From Cenarchaeum sp. (GTDB lineage Archaea; Thermoproteota; Nitrososphaeria; Nitrososphaerales; Nitrosopumilaceae): DNA of 64,000 nucleotides. Below are positions 1-9,267 of this stretch, piece by piece. The notes below the pieces were generated by a model that was not told the DNA's origin, did not search any database, and saw only the letters and a program-made list of their open reading frames with translations. A program made the translations under genes and the position numbers. How positions within the stretch are numbered: position 1 is the first letter of the stretch; every line of letters begins with the position of its first letter. The stretch spans positions 256,001-320,000 of the forward strand of contig CBDESU010000001.1 of assembly GCA_965242695.1 (NCBI GenBank), read 5' to 3'.

Positions 1-875
1 TGATCGCATCGTGGAGCGCGCTTGCCGCATCCGCGCTGGCCGCCGGCCACCGCGTCTCTCCGGGCCGCGGGTACCTGGATGCGGCGGCGCGGTGCGCCGA
101 GCATGTCGCGTTCGGGATGCGCGGCGCCGGCGGCGCGGTGAGCCGCGTGGCCAGGCCCGGCCGCGATGCCATCCCGGGCGGCCTTGACGACCATGCGCAC
201 TGCGCCAACGCGCTGCTCGACGTGTTCGAGGCGCGGCCGGAGAAGAGGTACCTCGAGAGGGCCGCCGAGCTCGGCCGGATCATACTCGACAGGTTCTGGG
301 ACGAGGAGTCTGGGGGGTTCTTCATGACGGCAGGCGGCGGCGGGGACGGGGAGGAACCTGAGCGGCACGGCCTCGTCGTGCGCCCGCGCAGCCGCCACGA
401 CATGTCGGTTCCGTCCGGCGGCTCGGCCGCGGTGCGCGCCCTGATGCGGCTGCACGCCCTTGCGGGCGAGGCCGAGATGGGCAGGGTGGCGTCGCGGGCC
501 CTTGCCGCCCAGGCGCGCGAGGCCGCCGAGAACCCGTTCGCGTTCGGGCACCTGCTCTGGGCGGCATTCTCGGCAGTCGACGATCCGCCAGAGGTGACGA
601 TCGTCAATCCCGGGGCCTCGGGCATTGCGGGAAAGGTGCTGTCGATGTACCTTCCCGGCTCGCCGGTCGTCACGGTGTCTGGCGCCGGCCAGCTCGCCGC
701 CCTCTCGAAGTATCCGTACTTTGCGGGCAAGCCGTTCGGGGACCGCACCGAGGTGTACGTGTGCCGCGCCGGCGCATGCTCGGCCCCGATGGACTCGATT
801 GAGCGGGTCGAGGAAGAGCTGGCGGAGGCGCCGCGCCGAGTGCCTCCTCCGCCGGATCCGCCTAGATCCTCCTGA
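1..875 (+). CDS. YyaL/DUF255-type thioredoxin-domain protein, C-terminal part (starts before the window)
   Basis: Frame +3 is open from the window start (IASWSALAASALA). Motifs LDDHAH..NALL, FWDEESGGFF, D.SVPSG.S and YVCR..ACS.P are typical of the YyaL family. Confidence 0.85.
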   Translation, partial: IASWSALAASALAAGHRVSPGRGYLDAAARCAEHVAFGMRGAGGAVSRVARPGRDAIPGGLDDHAHCANALLDVFEARPEKRYLERAAELGRIILDRFWDEESGGFFMTAGGGGDGEEPERHGLVVRPRSRHDMSVPSGGSAAVRALMRLHALAGEAEMGRVASRALAAQAREAAENPFAFGHLLWAAFSAVDDPPEVTIVNPGASGIAGKVLSMYLPGSPVVTVSGAGQLAALSKYPYFAGKPFGDRTEVYVCRAGACSAPMDSIERVEEELAEAPRRVPPPPDPPRSS

Positions 876-1097
876 GGAATGCCAGGAATGCGCCGGCCAG
901 CCAGGCCAGCCCGTCCAGCCATGCAAGCAGCAGCGAGAACAGGTCGGCGCCCTGGCCGCCGCCGTGGCCGGAGCCGGCGAGCCTCCATGCGGGGCCCTTG
1001 CGGCCCCCTCCCCCGCCTCCGCCGTCGTCGGACATGCGCATGCCGCGCCTAGAGATGTCGTCGATCCCGTACCGGACCTCGTCCCTAATGTCCCCCG

Positions 1098-1562
1098 TCA
1101 GCACAGTGGGTCCCTCGCCGCGCCGGGGCCCTGCCCCCCTGCGCCCGCCGCGCCCCCGTCCCTGGCCATGCGGCCCCGGCCGGGCTGCGGCGCCGCGCCG
1201 GGGCCCTGCCTCCCGTCCGCGCCGCCGTCGTCCTTGACGACGGGCTTTACCGACATGTCGATCTCTACGATGTGCCCCACCTGCGGGCGTCCCATCTTGA
1301 CGTACCTGTTGCGCGGCATCGAGACGGTGACGGTCGTCTGCTGGTACGTGCGCAGCTTCATCTGCGGCTGGGACTGGAGGATGATGTCGAGCAGCGGCAT
1401 TATCTGCGACCTGGCCTCCCCGTCGAGCCTCTTTGCGACCTTTTCCATCACGACCTGCCTCTGCGATATGGGCTCGGTGTGGACGTTCTCGACGAGGGTG
1501 ATCTGCACGATGCGGCCGTTGTCGACGATCTGCTGGATCTTGAACTCGTTGAGCTCCGACAC
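1098..1562 (-). CDS. conserved archaeal hypothetical protein (arcadin-1-like)
   Basis: Protein-like ORF (F.IQQIVD...VQITLVE; T.T.SMP..RY.KMGRPQVG..VEID). Probable GTG start at 1562 downstream of TAAAT. Confidence 0.6.
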   Translation of the reverse strand: MSELNEFKIQQIVDNGRIVQITLVENVHTEPISQRQVVMEKVAKRLDGEARSQIMPLLDIILQSQPQMKLRTYQQTTVTVSMPRNRYVKMGRPQVGHIVEIDMSVKPVVKDDGGADGRQGPGAAPQPGRGRMARDGGAAGAGGQGPGAARDPLC

Positions 1563-1726
1563 GGCGCGCGGACGAGCCGTGTGCATTTATCTCTACCCGT
1601 CGCTGTCCTGCGGCTGCGGGGAGGGGGGGGGGGTGGGCGGGGCAATGCAGCGCCGGTTCGCGATTCATATTCTTCCCGGCCGTCTCCGTCCTGCGGCGCT
1701 GGTACGGGCCGCCTGCCCGTCGTCCG

Positions 1727-1813
1727 CTACCTCATGGCCAGCACGAAGCTGAACGCCGCGAGGGCGATGGCGCCGCCTACGCCCAGGCCGAATATGATCT
1801 TGCTGCCGTCCAC
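1727..1813 (-). CDS. 28-aa single-TM small protein (MDGSKIIFGLGVGGAIALAAFSFVLAMR)
   Basis: Translated by hand from GTG 1813 to TAG 1727. One hydrophobic helix, GC3-rich codons, co-oriented with its neighbours. Not in the ORF track. Confidence 0.6.
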   Translation of the reverse strand: MDGSKIIFGLGVGGAIALAAFSFVLAMR

Positions 1814-1836
1814 GGAGACGGCCCCCGCCCGTTCGC

Positions 1837-2166
1837 TTATGTTGGTTTTGCCCCGCCCCAACTCCCGCCGCCGGATGCCGCCGCCGCCTTGGCGTCGAGT
1901 ATGGCCTTCTTGATCAGGGGGGCCCTCTCCTTTAGTACCCTGCCGAGCTCCTGCACATCCTCGAGCGACGGCGCCCCTCCCTGCGACTGGACGGCCTGCA
2001 CGAACGACGCGTACACACTGCCCGCGATGATGCCGAACGCCGCATCGTCGGCGGAGTCGACCTCGGGGCGGTACGCCTCGGCCATCTGGCGGTACGATCC
2101 GGCCTCGCTGATGTAGTAGTCGATCTGCCCGTCGATGTACGACCTCATCTCGTCGGATACCGCCAC
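1837..2166 (-). CDS. conserved hypothetical protein
   Basis: 109-aa helical, protein-like ORF (IDYYISEAGSY...AFGIIAGSVY). AAATAT lies about 25 bp upstream. Confidence 0.8.
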   Translation of the reverse strand: MAVSDEMRSYIDGQIDYYISEAGSYRQMAEAYRPEVDSADDAAFGIIAGSVYASFVQAVQSQGGAPSLEDVQELGRVLKERAPLIKKAILDAKAAAASGGGSWGGAKPT

Positions 2167-2196
2167 GCGCCGCCCGTGCCCACAGGATATTTGTGC

Positions 2197-3583
2197 CTAT
2201 GGGCCGCGCCGATTGGCCTGCCGGGCACGCTGCATTCTGAGGCCCCCCTGCCAGGCGGCCGACTCAATGCCCATACTTCGCGGGCCCATCCACCGCCCGA
2301 TCTCTGCAAAGGCCTCCCCGATGTCTGCCCATTCTTCGGGCGTGAGGGGCGGCGAGTCTGCGCACCCTTCTCGCGGAGCGGCCCCAGGCCTGTCCCGTCC
2401 ACGCGGCCCGCGGACGGCGATATCCAAAAGGCCGGATTCCATCTCCCTCCCTGCGTGGTCAAACCCCGTGCCGTAGTCGGACTCGATCGCCCTGCCTAGC
2501 ATCGCGGCGCTCATTGCGCCGCCGGGCTCGGCCGCCGCCGCGCCGGCGCCGCCGCCGGACTCGAGGATCTGCCTACCAGCCGCGGCCATTTCATGGTGGC
2601 GGTCGATCCCGATTGCACTTTCAAACGACGACACGGCCTCGCCTCGGCGCCCCGTATGCTCTAGGGCAAGCCCGCGCCCCGAATGGGCCGATGCCGACGC
2701 CGGATCCAGCCTGACGGCCTCGTCAAAGGCGGCAAGCGCATCGGCGTAGCGCCCGAGGCCTGCCAGCGCGATCCCGCGCCCCGAATGGGCCGATGCCGAC
2801 GCCGGATCCAGCCTGACGGCCTCGTCAAAGGCGGCAAGCGCATCGGCGTAGCGCCCGATGCCGGCAAGAATGCGCCCACGCGCGGCGCGGGGGCGCGACG
2901 ACGTCGGGGATTCCTCCTCGGCCCTCTTGCAGGATGTCCATGCGTCGTCAAGCCGCCCGAGCCCCGCAAGCGCGAACGCGAGCCCTGCATGAACATCCCC
3001 GTCGCTTGGCGAAAGGTGCACCTCATCCTCGCACATGCTTATTGCATCATCGTAGCAGCCGAGCCGCACGGCGGTAGTGGCCAGGTCTGCATGGACTGCG
3101 GCAGAGTGGGGATTGATCCTTGCCGCATCATGGAGCAGCTCCATCGCCTCGTCGGGGCGCCCCCGCCGCACAAGCGCGCGTGCGCGCCCTGCGCATGCCA
3201 TGCCGCAGCGGGGATCGAGGCGGGCGGCCTTGTCAAACTCGTCCAAGGCATCGGCGTAGCGGCGAGGCCGTGCAGGGCTAGGCCGCGCACTACGTGCACT
3301 GCGCCGCGCTCGGACTCCTGCCCCCCGGTCCCACTGCAAGCGTCTAGGGCGCCGGCATAGTCCCCCCGCCGCATACGAGTGAAATGGCTTGGTTCACGCG
3401 AGGTGAAACCTCGCCCGAGTTGCAGCGGGCGGCGAATGCCGCGCGCGCAGCGTCGCCGTTCTTCTCGACACTTGCCCCTGCCCGCGCCGCGCCGGTTCGA
3501 TCGGCGGCGCCTAGTGCGGGGCGGGATGCGGCCGCGCATGCCTCCGTGTGCCGATTCACAAACTCGGTGAGATTGGGAGCCAT
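2197..3583 (-). pseudogene. TPR repeat protein broken by two single-base frameshifts (~3365 and ~3262)
   Basis: MAPNLTEF... (from 3583) joins RGDYAGALDAC..., which joins RYADALDEFDKAARLDP... Adding one G restores each junction. Many TPR motifs follow. Confidence 0.7.
2675..2856. repeat. near-exact 102-bp tandem duplication of one TPR unit
   Basis: GRYADALAAFDEAVRLDPASASAHSGRG is encoded twice by identical DNA. Confidence 0.85.
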
Positions 3584-3951
3584 ATAATCATATGATGCGG
3601 CGGCTTGAGGCTGGTGCGCAGGCTCTTCTGACCTTGCGGGGGGGGGGGAGTATGGGCAAGGACGGGGCTGCAGGCGCCTGCAAGGGACCCGCGCGGCATG
3701 GCGTACGGGGGCGCCGCTCTGCCGCGCCGCTGGTCGGCTCGGACTGGCCATCTGACACGCGGCGGGCGATGCCGCGCGCTGCACTGCACTGCACAGCGCA
3801 TCGCATGCGCTAGCGGGATGGGGCAAGCCCGCCGTAGCCCCCGCTCGATCCCTGTCTCGGCCACATCAAGGCTCGATCCGCCTAGCGCACGCGCTGCGAC
3901 ATGGACGAATGGTTATTTAGAGCAGGACGCACACGCCCCGCGTGAACCGCG

Positions 3952-5358
3952 GTGCTCGGTGCTGAGATGCGTGGGCCAGTGGGCGCAGCCGCCGATGGCA
4001 TGATCAGACTGCCCGCAGGCGGCCGCGACGCGCCTGCGCCTTCCAGTCTCTCCGTTACCGGCGCGGCCACCCGGGATTCGTCCGTCGGGCAGGGAGCCGC
4101 CGAGCCGGAGCCCGCCGCGGCCCCGTCCGAGCCCTCCCCCGACCAGCCCGCCGCCGAGCCGGAGCCCGCCGCGGCCCCGTCCGAGCCCTCCCCCGACCAG
4201 CCCGCCGCCGAGCCGGAGCCCGCCGCGGCCCCGTCCGAGCCCTCCCCCGACCAGCCCGCCGCCGAGCCGGAGCCCGCCGCGGCCCCGTCCGAGCCCTCCC
4301 CCGACCGGCCCGCCGCCGAGCCGGAGCCCGCCGCGGCCCCGTCCGAGCCCTCCCCCGACCGGCCCGCCGCCGAGCCGGAGCCCGCCGCGGCCCCGTCCGA
4401 GCCCTCCCCCGACCGGCCCGCCGCCGAGCCGGAGCCCGCCGCGGCCCCGTCCGAGCCCTCCCCCGACCGGCCCGCCGCCGAGCCGGAGCCCGACGCGGCA
4501 AAACCCGATACCCATCTGCCTCCCGAGGGCCCGCCCCCTCCGCGCCGCATTCCTCCCCCTCCTGTGCCCGCATCCAGGCCCGCCGGGACCGGCCGCGGCA
4601 AGATCGCCGCAATCGCCGTCGCGGTTGCCGCCGCCGCCTTCCTTGCCGGGCTTGCCGCAGCCGGGGCCGGCCTGGCCCCGCTCGGCGGCGTCCCTGCCGA
4701 CTCTACGACAAACGACGAGCTTGCCGCCATGATCGAGGGCCTGCGCGGCGACCTCGGCGCGCCGGATGCCGCCCCGGCGTCCAGGCCGCAGCAGGCCGGC
4801 CCGACAGCCGAGGCCCTCTCGGACGACGACCCCGCAAAGGGCGATCCGGACGCGCCGCTCACAATCGTCGAATTCTCGGACTTTCAGTGCCCGTTCTGCA
4901 AGAGGTTCTACGAGCAGACGCTCCCGCTCATCGAGCGCGACTACATCGACACCGGAAAGGCGCGCCTCGTCTACCGCGACATGCCGCTCGAGCAGATACA
5001 CCCGCAGGCGCCGGCGACCCACGTCGCCGCCGAGTGCGCCGGCGACCAGGGCATGTTCTGGGAGTACCACGACCTGCTGTTCGACCGCCAGGGCGAGTGG
5101 TCGCGCCTCCAGCCGGCAGGCCTGGACGATGCGCTGGCAGGCTACGCGGCCGAGCTCGGACTGGACGCCTCGTTTGGCGAGTGCGTGCGCTCGCCCGAGG
5201 CGGCGCGCGAGATGCGGCACGACCTGGAGCAGGCGCTCGGCATGGGCCTGACGGGCACGCCGACCTTTTTGATCGGCGGCAACGGGCACGACTTTGTGGC
5301 CATATCCGGCGCGCAGCCGTACTCTACATTCTCCTCCATACTCGACGGGATGCTCTGA
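3952..5358 (+). CDS. DsbA-family thiol-disulfide oxidoreductase with TM anchor and Pro/Ala/Glu-rich N-terminal repeats
   Basis: G.PDAPLTIVEFSDFQCPFC (CxxC) and G.TGTPTF (cis-Pro loop). Hydrophobic anchor IAAIAVAVAAAAFLAGL. Start uncertain. Confidence 0.9.
   Translation: MLGAEMRGPVGAAADGMIRLPAGGRDAPAPSSLSVTGAATRDSSVGQGAAEPEPAAAPSEPSPDQPAAEPEPAAAPSEPSPDQPAAEPEPAAAPSEPSPDQPAAEPEPAAAPSEPSPDRPAAEPEPAAAPSEPSPDRPAAEPEPAAAPSEPSPDRPAAEPEPAAAPSEPSPDRPAAEPEPDAAKPDTHLPPEGPPPPRRIPPPPVPASRPAGTGRGKIAAIAVAVAAAAFLAGLAAAGAGLAPLGGVPADSTTNDELAAMIEGLRGDLGAPDAAPASRPQQAGPTAEALSDDDPAKGDPDAPLTIVEFSDFQCPFCKRFYEQTLPLIERDYIDTGKARLVYRDMPLEQIHPQAPATHVAAECAGDQGMFWEYHDLLFDRQGEWSRLQPAGLDDALAGYAAELGLDASFGECVRSPEAAREMRHDLEQALGMGLTGTPTFLIGGNGHDFVAISGAQPYSTFSSILDGML
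4096..4492 (+). repeat. 54-bp tandem repeat, ~7.3 copies (AAEPEPAAAPSEPSPD[Q/R]P)
   Basis: Directly visible. The first three copies encode Q, the later copies R. Confidence 0.95.
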
Positions 5359-5360
5359 CC

Positions 5361-5816
5361 ATGTGGAAGCTAGAGCAGGAAGAGTACTACTTTCGCGTCT
5401 TCGACTCCAGGCGCCAGGTCGCCGCCTACTTTGACCCCGACTACGGCGGCGCGCTGCCGGCCGGCGACCAGGACGAGGCCGTCGAGGAGATCTGGAAGAG
5501 GCGCGATCCCATACCCGGCGGCTACCTGATGGTGGGCCTTGCAAAGCTCGGCGTGTACGGCGCCGACGAGCCGGTCACGCTCGGCGCGCTCGACGCGAGC
5601 CTCGAGGCGGCCCGGGACCGCATACGGGCGTGGAGGGAGGCGCTCGCCGCCGAGGGCGCCTCGGCATCGTACGTCAACGTCTCGCACACGGACCAGGACA
5701 TGCTGACCGTCTCGTTCCCCGTCGCGTTCCGCACCCCGGTGCCCCTGTGCGAAAGGGACGTCGCCGCCGCGCTCTCCCCTATCTTGGATCGGCTGCAGCG
5801 GCTATCCCTGCTATAG
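5361..5816 (+). CDS. conserved hypothetical protein
   Basis: ATG 5361 follows the dsbA-like stop by 2 bp. MWKLEQEEYYFRVFD... has natural composition. Confidence 0.8.
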   Translation: MWKLEQEEYYFRVFDSRRQVAAYFDPDYGGALPAGDQDEAVEEIWKRRDPIPGGYLMVGLAKLGVYGADEPVTLGALDASLEAARDRIRAWREALAAEGASASYVNVSHTDQDMLTVSFPVAFRTPVPLCERDVAAALSPILDRLQRLSLL

Positions 5817-6600
5817 CCGAGCCCCAGTACCTGGACAGCCCGACGTACCCGACGACCGACGCGGCGAGCAGCGCGCCCGCCCCGAGCGAAAACTCGGGGA
5901 CCGCCGCGTACTCCTCGGACTCGGCGACGGCCGCGTGGCCGGCGACCTCGCCGGCGGCCTCGCCGGGGAACGAGACCAGGAAGAACGCCTCCTCGGACGC
6001 GCGCAGGTAGTCGCGGTCGGGCTTGCCCTCGGACGCGGCGAGGACGTTTCCGTCCCTGTCGTACAGGGTCGCCACGACAGACACTTCGTTGGCCGTGATC
6101 TCGCCGCTGTTCAGCACCGTCCCCGTGACCGCGACTATCCCGTGCGCGTCCGACGAGACGCGCGAGGCCGTCACGTCGATGACCCTGCCCTTGGGGCCTG
6201 CGACCTCGTACTCGATGCCGAGCGCGTACCCTTCGACCGGCGCGCCGGGCTGCCGCCCGGCGTCCAGCACGAACGGCGCCCTCATGCCGGGAACGATGCT
6301 GTCGACCATGGACGCGCCGGATGCGGTGCCGAGCGCCTGCCCAGAGCCCGAGTACAGCGTGGCCGTGACCTCGGCGCCCCGCAGGGGCACGCCGAGGCCG
6401 TTGCGTATCTCGCCGGCTATGAGCACCCTGCCGTCGCCGCCCTCGAGCAGGCGGTCGCCGAGGATATCGACGCCCCCGCCGCCTCCGGGCGGGATTGCCG
6501 CCGGCGCGGCGGCATCCGCGTGCGGCGCGCCCGCCGCAGCCGCCGCGGCGATCGCAACGGATGCGGCGACCGCCGCCGATCCAAGCCGCGCGCCTCGCAT
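5779..6600 (-). CDS. secreted protein with two FxLYD-type domains and a PEF-type C-terminal sorting signal
   Basis: Signal peptide; GEIRN...VTATLYS and GTVLN...VVATLYDRDG; C-terminal AVPEF plus TM helix. Confidence 0.85.
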   Translation of the reverse strand: MRGARLGSAAVAASVAIAAAAAAGAPHADAAAPAAIPPGGGGGVDILGDRLLEGGDGRVLIAGEIRNGLGVPLRGAEVTATLYSGSGQALGTASGASMVDSIVPGMRAPFVLDAGRQPGAPVEGYALGIEYEVAGPKGRVIDVTASRVSSDAHGIVAVTGTVLNSGEITANEVSVVATLYDRDGNVLAASEGKPDRDYLRASEEAFFLVSFPGEAAGEVAGHAAVAESEEYAAVPEFSLGAGALLAASVVGYVGLSRYWGSAIAGIAAAADPR

Positions 6601-6630
6601 GGACAGCCGCAGCCGCGGCGGCGTTAAAAC

Positions 6631-7194
6631 CTATGGGGCGGGATCCTGCCCGCCGCCTCCCCCGCCGCCGCCAGACTGCGCCTCCTTGAACTCTGCCAGG
6701 GCGGACAGCTCGTACGCAAAGGCGTCCTGGTGCAGCCGGCCGGCGCGCTCGTCGTGCGCCGCATCGCCGGTGAGCAGCCAGCGAACCTCCTCCCTGTCCC
6801 TCTCGAGCTGCGACTCGGCCGAGAGCCTGAAGAGGTCGACGGACGCGGCAAACGGCGCCGGGGGATCCAGCGCATCGTACCTCTCGAGGAGCGCCTCGAG
6901 CGACTCAAAGTGCGCCTCGGCCCGCGCCTCCAGCTCTTCCTCCGCGATCTCGCCGGCCTCAAACCCCGCCGCGACGGCCTCGAACGCCTCCTGCATGGCG
7001 GCCAGGTCGTCCTGGATCGACTCGATCTCGGCGCTGAACGCGGCGCCCTTGGCCCTCAGGTAGTCGATATAGTACGAGTACCCGACGACGGATGCGGCCA
7101 CGGCGGCGGCGACGGCGACCGCCGCGACGGCGACCGCGCCGCGCCTCTTTTTCTTCCTCCTTCCCCCAGTAAAGCGGCGCCCCAAGCCGTCCAC
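6631..7194 (-). CDS. membrane-anchored helical hypothetical protein
   Basis: Basic N-terminus, TM helix, then an acidic helical domain. Confidence 0.75.
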   Translation of the reverse strand: MDGLGRRFTGGRRKKKRRGAVAVAAVAVAAAVAASVVGYSYYIDYLRAKGAAFSAEIESIQDDLAAMQEAFEAVAAGFEAGEIAEEELEARAEAHFESLEALLERYDALDPPAPFAASVDLFRLSAESQLERDREEVRWLLTGDAAHDERAGRLHQDAFAYELSALAEFKEAQSGGGGGGGGQDPAP

Positions 7195-7201
7195 CGCCCG
7201 C

Positions 7202-7495
7202 TCAGTCTATGTAGCGCCCCTCGGCGTCCATGTTGAGGTCTATCGTCATTACCGTGCCGCTGATGAACGACTCGTTGCGTATGGTCCTCACGCGGGTGAC
7301 GTCCAGGTGGTGCGGCCATATCTCGACGACGATCTCGCCGACCTTGACGCCCTCGGGCGCGTCGGTCAGCACGATGTCGCCCCTCTCGACGCCGTGCTTT
7401 TGCAGCTTTGCGAGCGAGTGCTCGACGAGGGGCTCGGGGTTGTTGTGGTTGATGGCCCACACCTTCCCCTCGTACTCGATCGCCTCGGCGGGCAT
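7202..7495 (-). CDS. conserved hypothetical protein
   Basis: 97 aa with natural composition. TTTTATA box about 25 bp upstream of the ATG. Confidence 0.8.
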   Translation of the reverse strand: MPAEAIEYEGKVWAINHNNPEPLVEHSLAKLQKHGVERGDIVLTDAPEGVKVGEIVVEIWPHHLDVTRVRTIRNESFISGTVMTIDLNMDAEGRYID

Positions 7496-7552
7496 GCGCG
7501 GCGCGCATGGGCGCCCGTATAAAATGCCTGCCGCCGCCCGCGGCGCGGCCGC

Positions 7553-7789
7553 CTAGCCGTCGTCGGCCACGCCGAGGGTCATCGTGCTGACGACCCTTGA
7601 TATCTTCCTGACCCTCGTCGAGACGATGCGCTCAAAGCCGTCGCCGTCGTCGGCGTGCACCTCTGCGAGTATGTCGTACGCCCCGAACGTCAGGTGCGCC
7701 TCCTTTACGCCGGGTATCCGGCGCAGCTCCTCGACGATGTACTCCTCGGCGCCTAGGTCGCAGTTGAGCAGGACGTAACCCTTGTGCAC
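7553..7789 (-). CDS. Lrp/AsnC ligand-binding (RAM) domain protein
   Basis: GYVLLNC..G.E..IVEEL..IPGV.EAH.TFGAYDI.AEV...IRKI..V.STMTL pattern. Confidence 0.9.
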   Translation of the reverse strand: MHKGYVLLNCDLGAEEYIVEELRRIPGVKEAHLTFGAYDILAEVHADDGDGFERIVSTRVRKISRVVSTMTLGVADDG

Positions 7790-7988
7790 AAAAACCCCGC
7801 TCCCGCGCGCGCCGGCGCCCCTTTAAGGCTTGCTTGGGCCGCGGCGGCCCGGGCGCGCCGCGCGATGCCGCGGCCCGCGCTGCGCGGAATCTAAGGCAGG
7901 GCGCAGGCCTGCACGGCCCCTGCGCGAAAAAATTCCCAAAGACCGCCGGCCGCGTCCGGCAGGCGCAGGATCCGGCCGCCTGTTACTA

Positions 7989-7999
7989 AAAATTTAAAG
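7989..7999 (+). promoter_or_regulatory. TATA box of the Alba gene
   Basis: AAAATTTAAA in a GC-rich background, about 25 bp upstream of TTG 8023. Confidence 0.7.
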
Positions 8000-8022
8000 A
8001 GCCGCCCGCGGCCGCGCGCCTG

Positions 8023-8811
8023 TTGGAGCCTCGCAAAAGGAATGGGGACCGCGGCGGGGACGGCCCGCGCAGGGACCGCGGCGGGGACGGCCCGCGCAGG
8101 GACCGCGGCGGGGACGGCCCGCGCAGGGACCGCGGCGGGGACGGCCCGCGCAGGGACCGCGGCGGGGACGGCCCGGGTGGGCAGTACCGCGGCGGCCCCG
8201 GGGGCGGCGGCCCGGGCGGGCAGTACCGCGGCGGCCCCGGGGGCGGCGGCCCGGGCGGGCAGTACCGCGGCGGCCCCGGGGGCGGCGGCCCGGGCGGGCA
8301 GTACCGCGGCGGCCCCGGGGGCGGCGGCCCGGGCGGGCAGTACCGCGGCGGCCCCGGGGGCGGCGGCCCGGGCGGGCAGTACCGCGGCGGCCCTGGCGGC
8401 CCGCGCGGCGGCCCCGGGGGCGGCCCGGGCGTGCAGTACCGCGGCGGCCCGGGCGGGCAGTACCGCGGCGGCCCCGGGGGCGGCCCGCGGCGCGGCCCTC
8501 CCGTCGGGACGGGCCCGAAGGGAATATTCTACGTGCGCAACTCGCAGCCGATGTACACCGCACTCGAGGTGCTCGAGCGCCTCGGCGCCGAGGGCCGGCT
8601 CAAGCTCAAGGCGCGCGGCGAGTCGATCCCGACGGCCGTGGCCGTTGCAAACATCGTCACAGAGAGGCTCATCAAGGGCTCGTCGAAGATCGAGGGCGTG
8701 CACGTCGACAGCGAGGAGATAAAGTCGCTCGGCGGGGTGCAGTCGACGATCGAGATCACGCTGTCAAAGTCCGGCGCCGACCCGGCCGCGGCGGCCGGCC
8801 CCGCCCCCTGA
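8023..8811 (+). CDS. Alba DNA/RNA-binding protein with a long N-terminal RGG/YRGG low-complexity extension
   Basis: C-terminal Alba signature LKARGESIPTAVAVANIV...VDSEE...STIEITLSK. The N-terminal ~165 aa are Gly/Arg/Pro/Tyr repeats. Confidence 0.88.
   Translation: MEPRKRNGDRGGDGPRRDRGGDGPRRDRGGDGPRRDRGGDGPRRDRGGDGPGGQYRGGPGGGGPGGQYRGGPGGGGPGGQYRGGPGGGGPGGQYRGGPGGGGPGGQYRGGPGGGGPGGQYRGGPGGPRGGPGGGPGVQYRGGPGGQYRGGPGGGPRRGPPVGTGPKGIFYVRNSQPMYTALEVLERLGAEGRLKLKARGESIPTAVAVANIVTERLIKGSSKIEGVHVDSEEIKSLGGVQSTIEITLSKSGADPAAAAGPAP
8046..8485 (+). repeat. 27-bp (RDRGGDGPR, ~5x) and 39-bp (GGQYRGGPGGGGP, 5x plus degenerate copies) tandem repeats
   Basis: Directly visible in the DNA and in the translation. 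Confidence 0.95.
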
Positions 8812-8850
8812 CGGCTGGCAGGGCCGGCCCGCGGGGCGCGCCCGACACGG

Positions 8851-9267
8851 TCACAGCGACGCGCCGGGCCCCTTTAGCAGCAGGTTCTCGCACTCCTTGC
8901 AGATCGTCTCGTTGATGTTCGGCTCGATGTTGTGGTGTATGTCGCAGATGAGCAGGCTGGACTTTATGTAGTTGCACACGCTGATGAACTTTGCGAGGCT
9001 CGACGGCGTGTAGGCCATGTCCGATGCGAGCGTGCTTCCCAGGTCGTCGAGCATGGATGCCACCTGCTTGTCGCCGCGCAGCTTTTCGATCAGGCGCGGA
9101 TCGCCGCGCGTGCCCCGTATGTAGTTGCTCACGGCTGCCTGCGTGACGCCGAGCATCTTTGATATCTCGTCCTCGCGCACCTTGTACTTTGCGGCCAGGT
9201 CCCTCGCCAGGATGGCGCGCAGGGCCGGTATGAGCATCTTGGACTCGATCTCGGCGGGCAGTAGCAC
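8851..9267 (-). CDS. archaeal HTH transcriptional regulator with Cys/His C-terminal motif
   Basis: MLLPAEIE...IPALRA..A..L; HTH ISKMLGVTQAAVSNY..G.RG; C.IHH...C..C. TTTAAA upstream. Confidence 0.9.
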   Translation of the reverse strand: MLLPAEIESKMLIPALRAILARDLAAKYKVREDEISKMLGVTQAAVSNYIRGTRGDPRLIEKLRGDKQVASMLDDLGSTLASDMAYTPSSLAKFISVCNYIKSSLLICDIHHNIEPNINETICKECENLLLKGPGASL

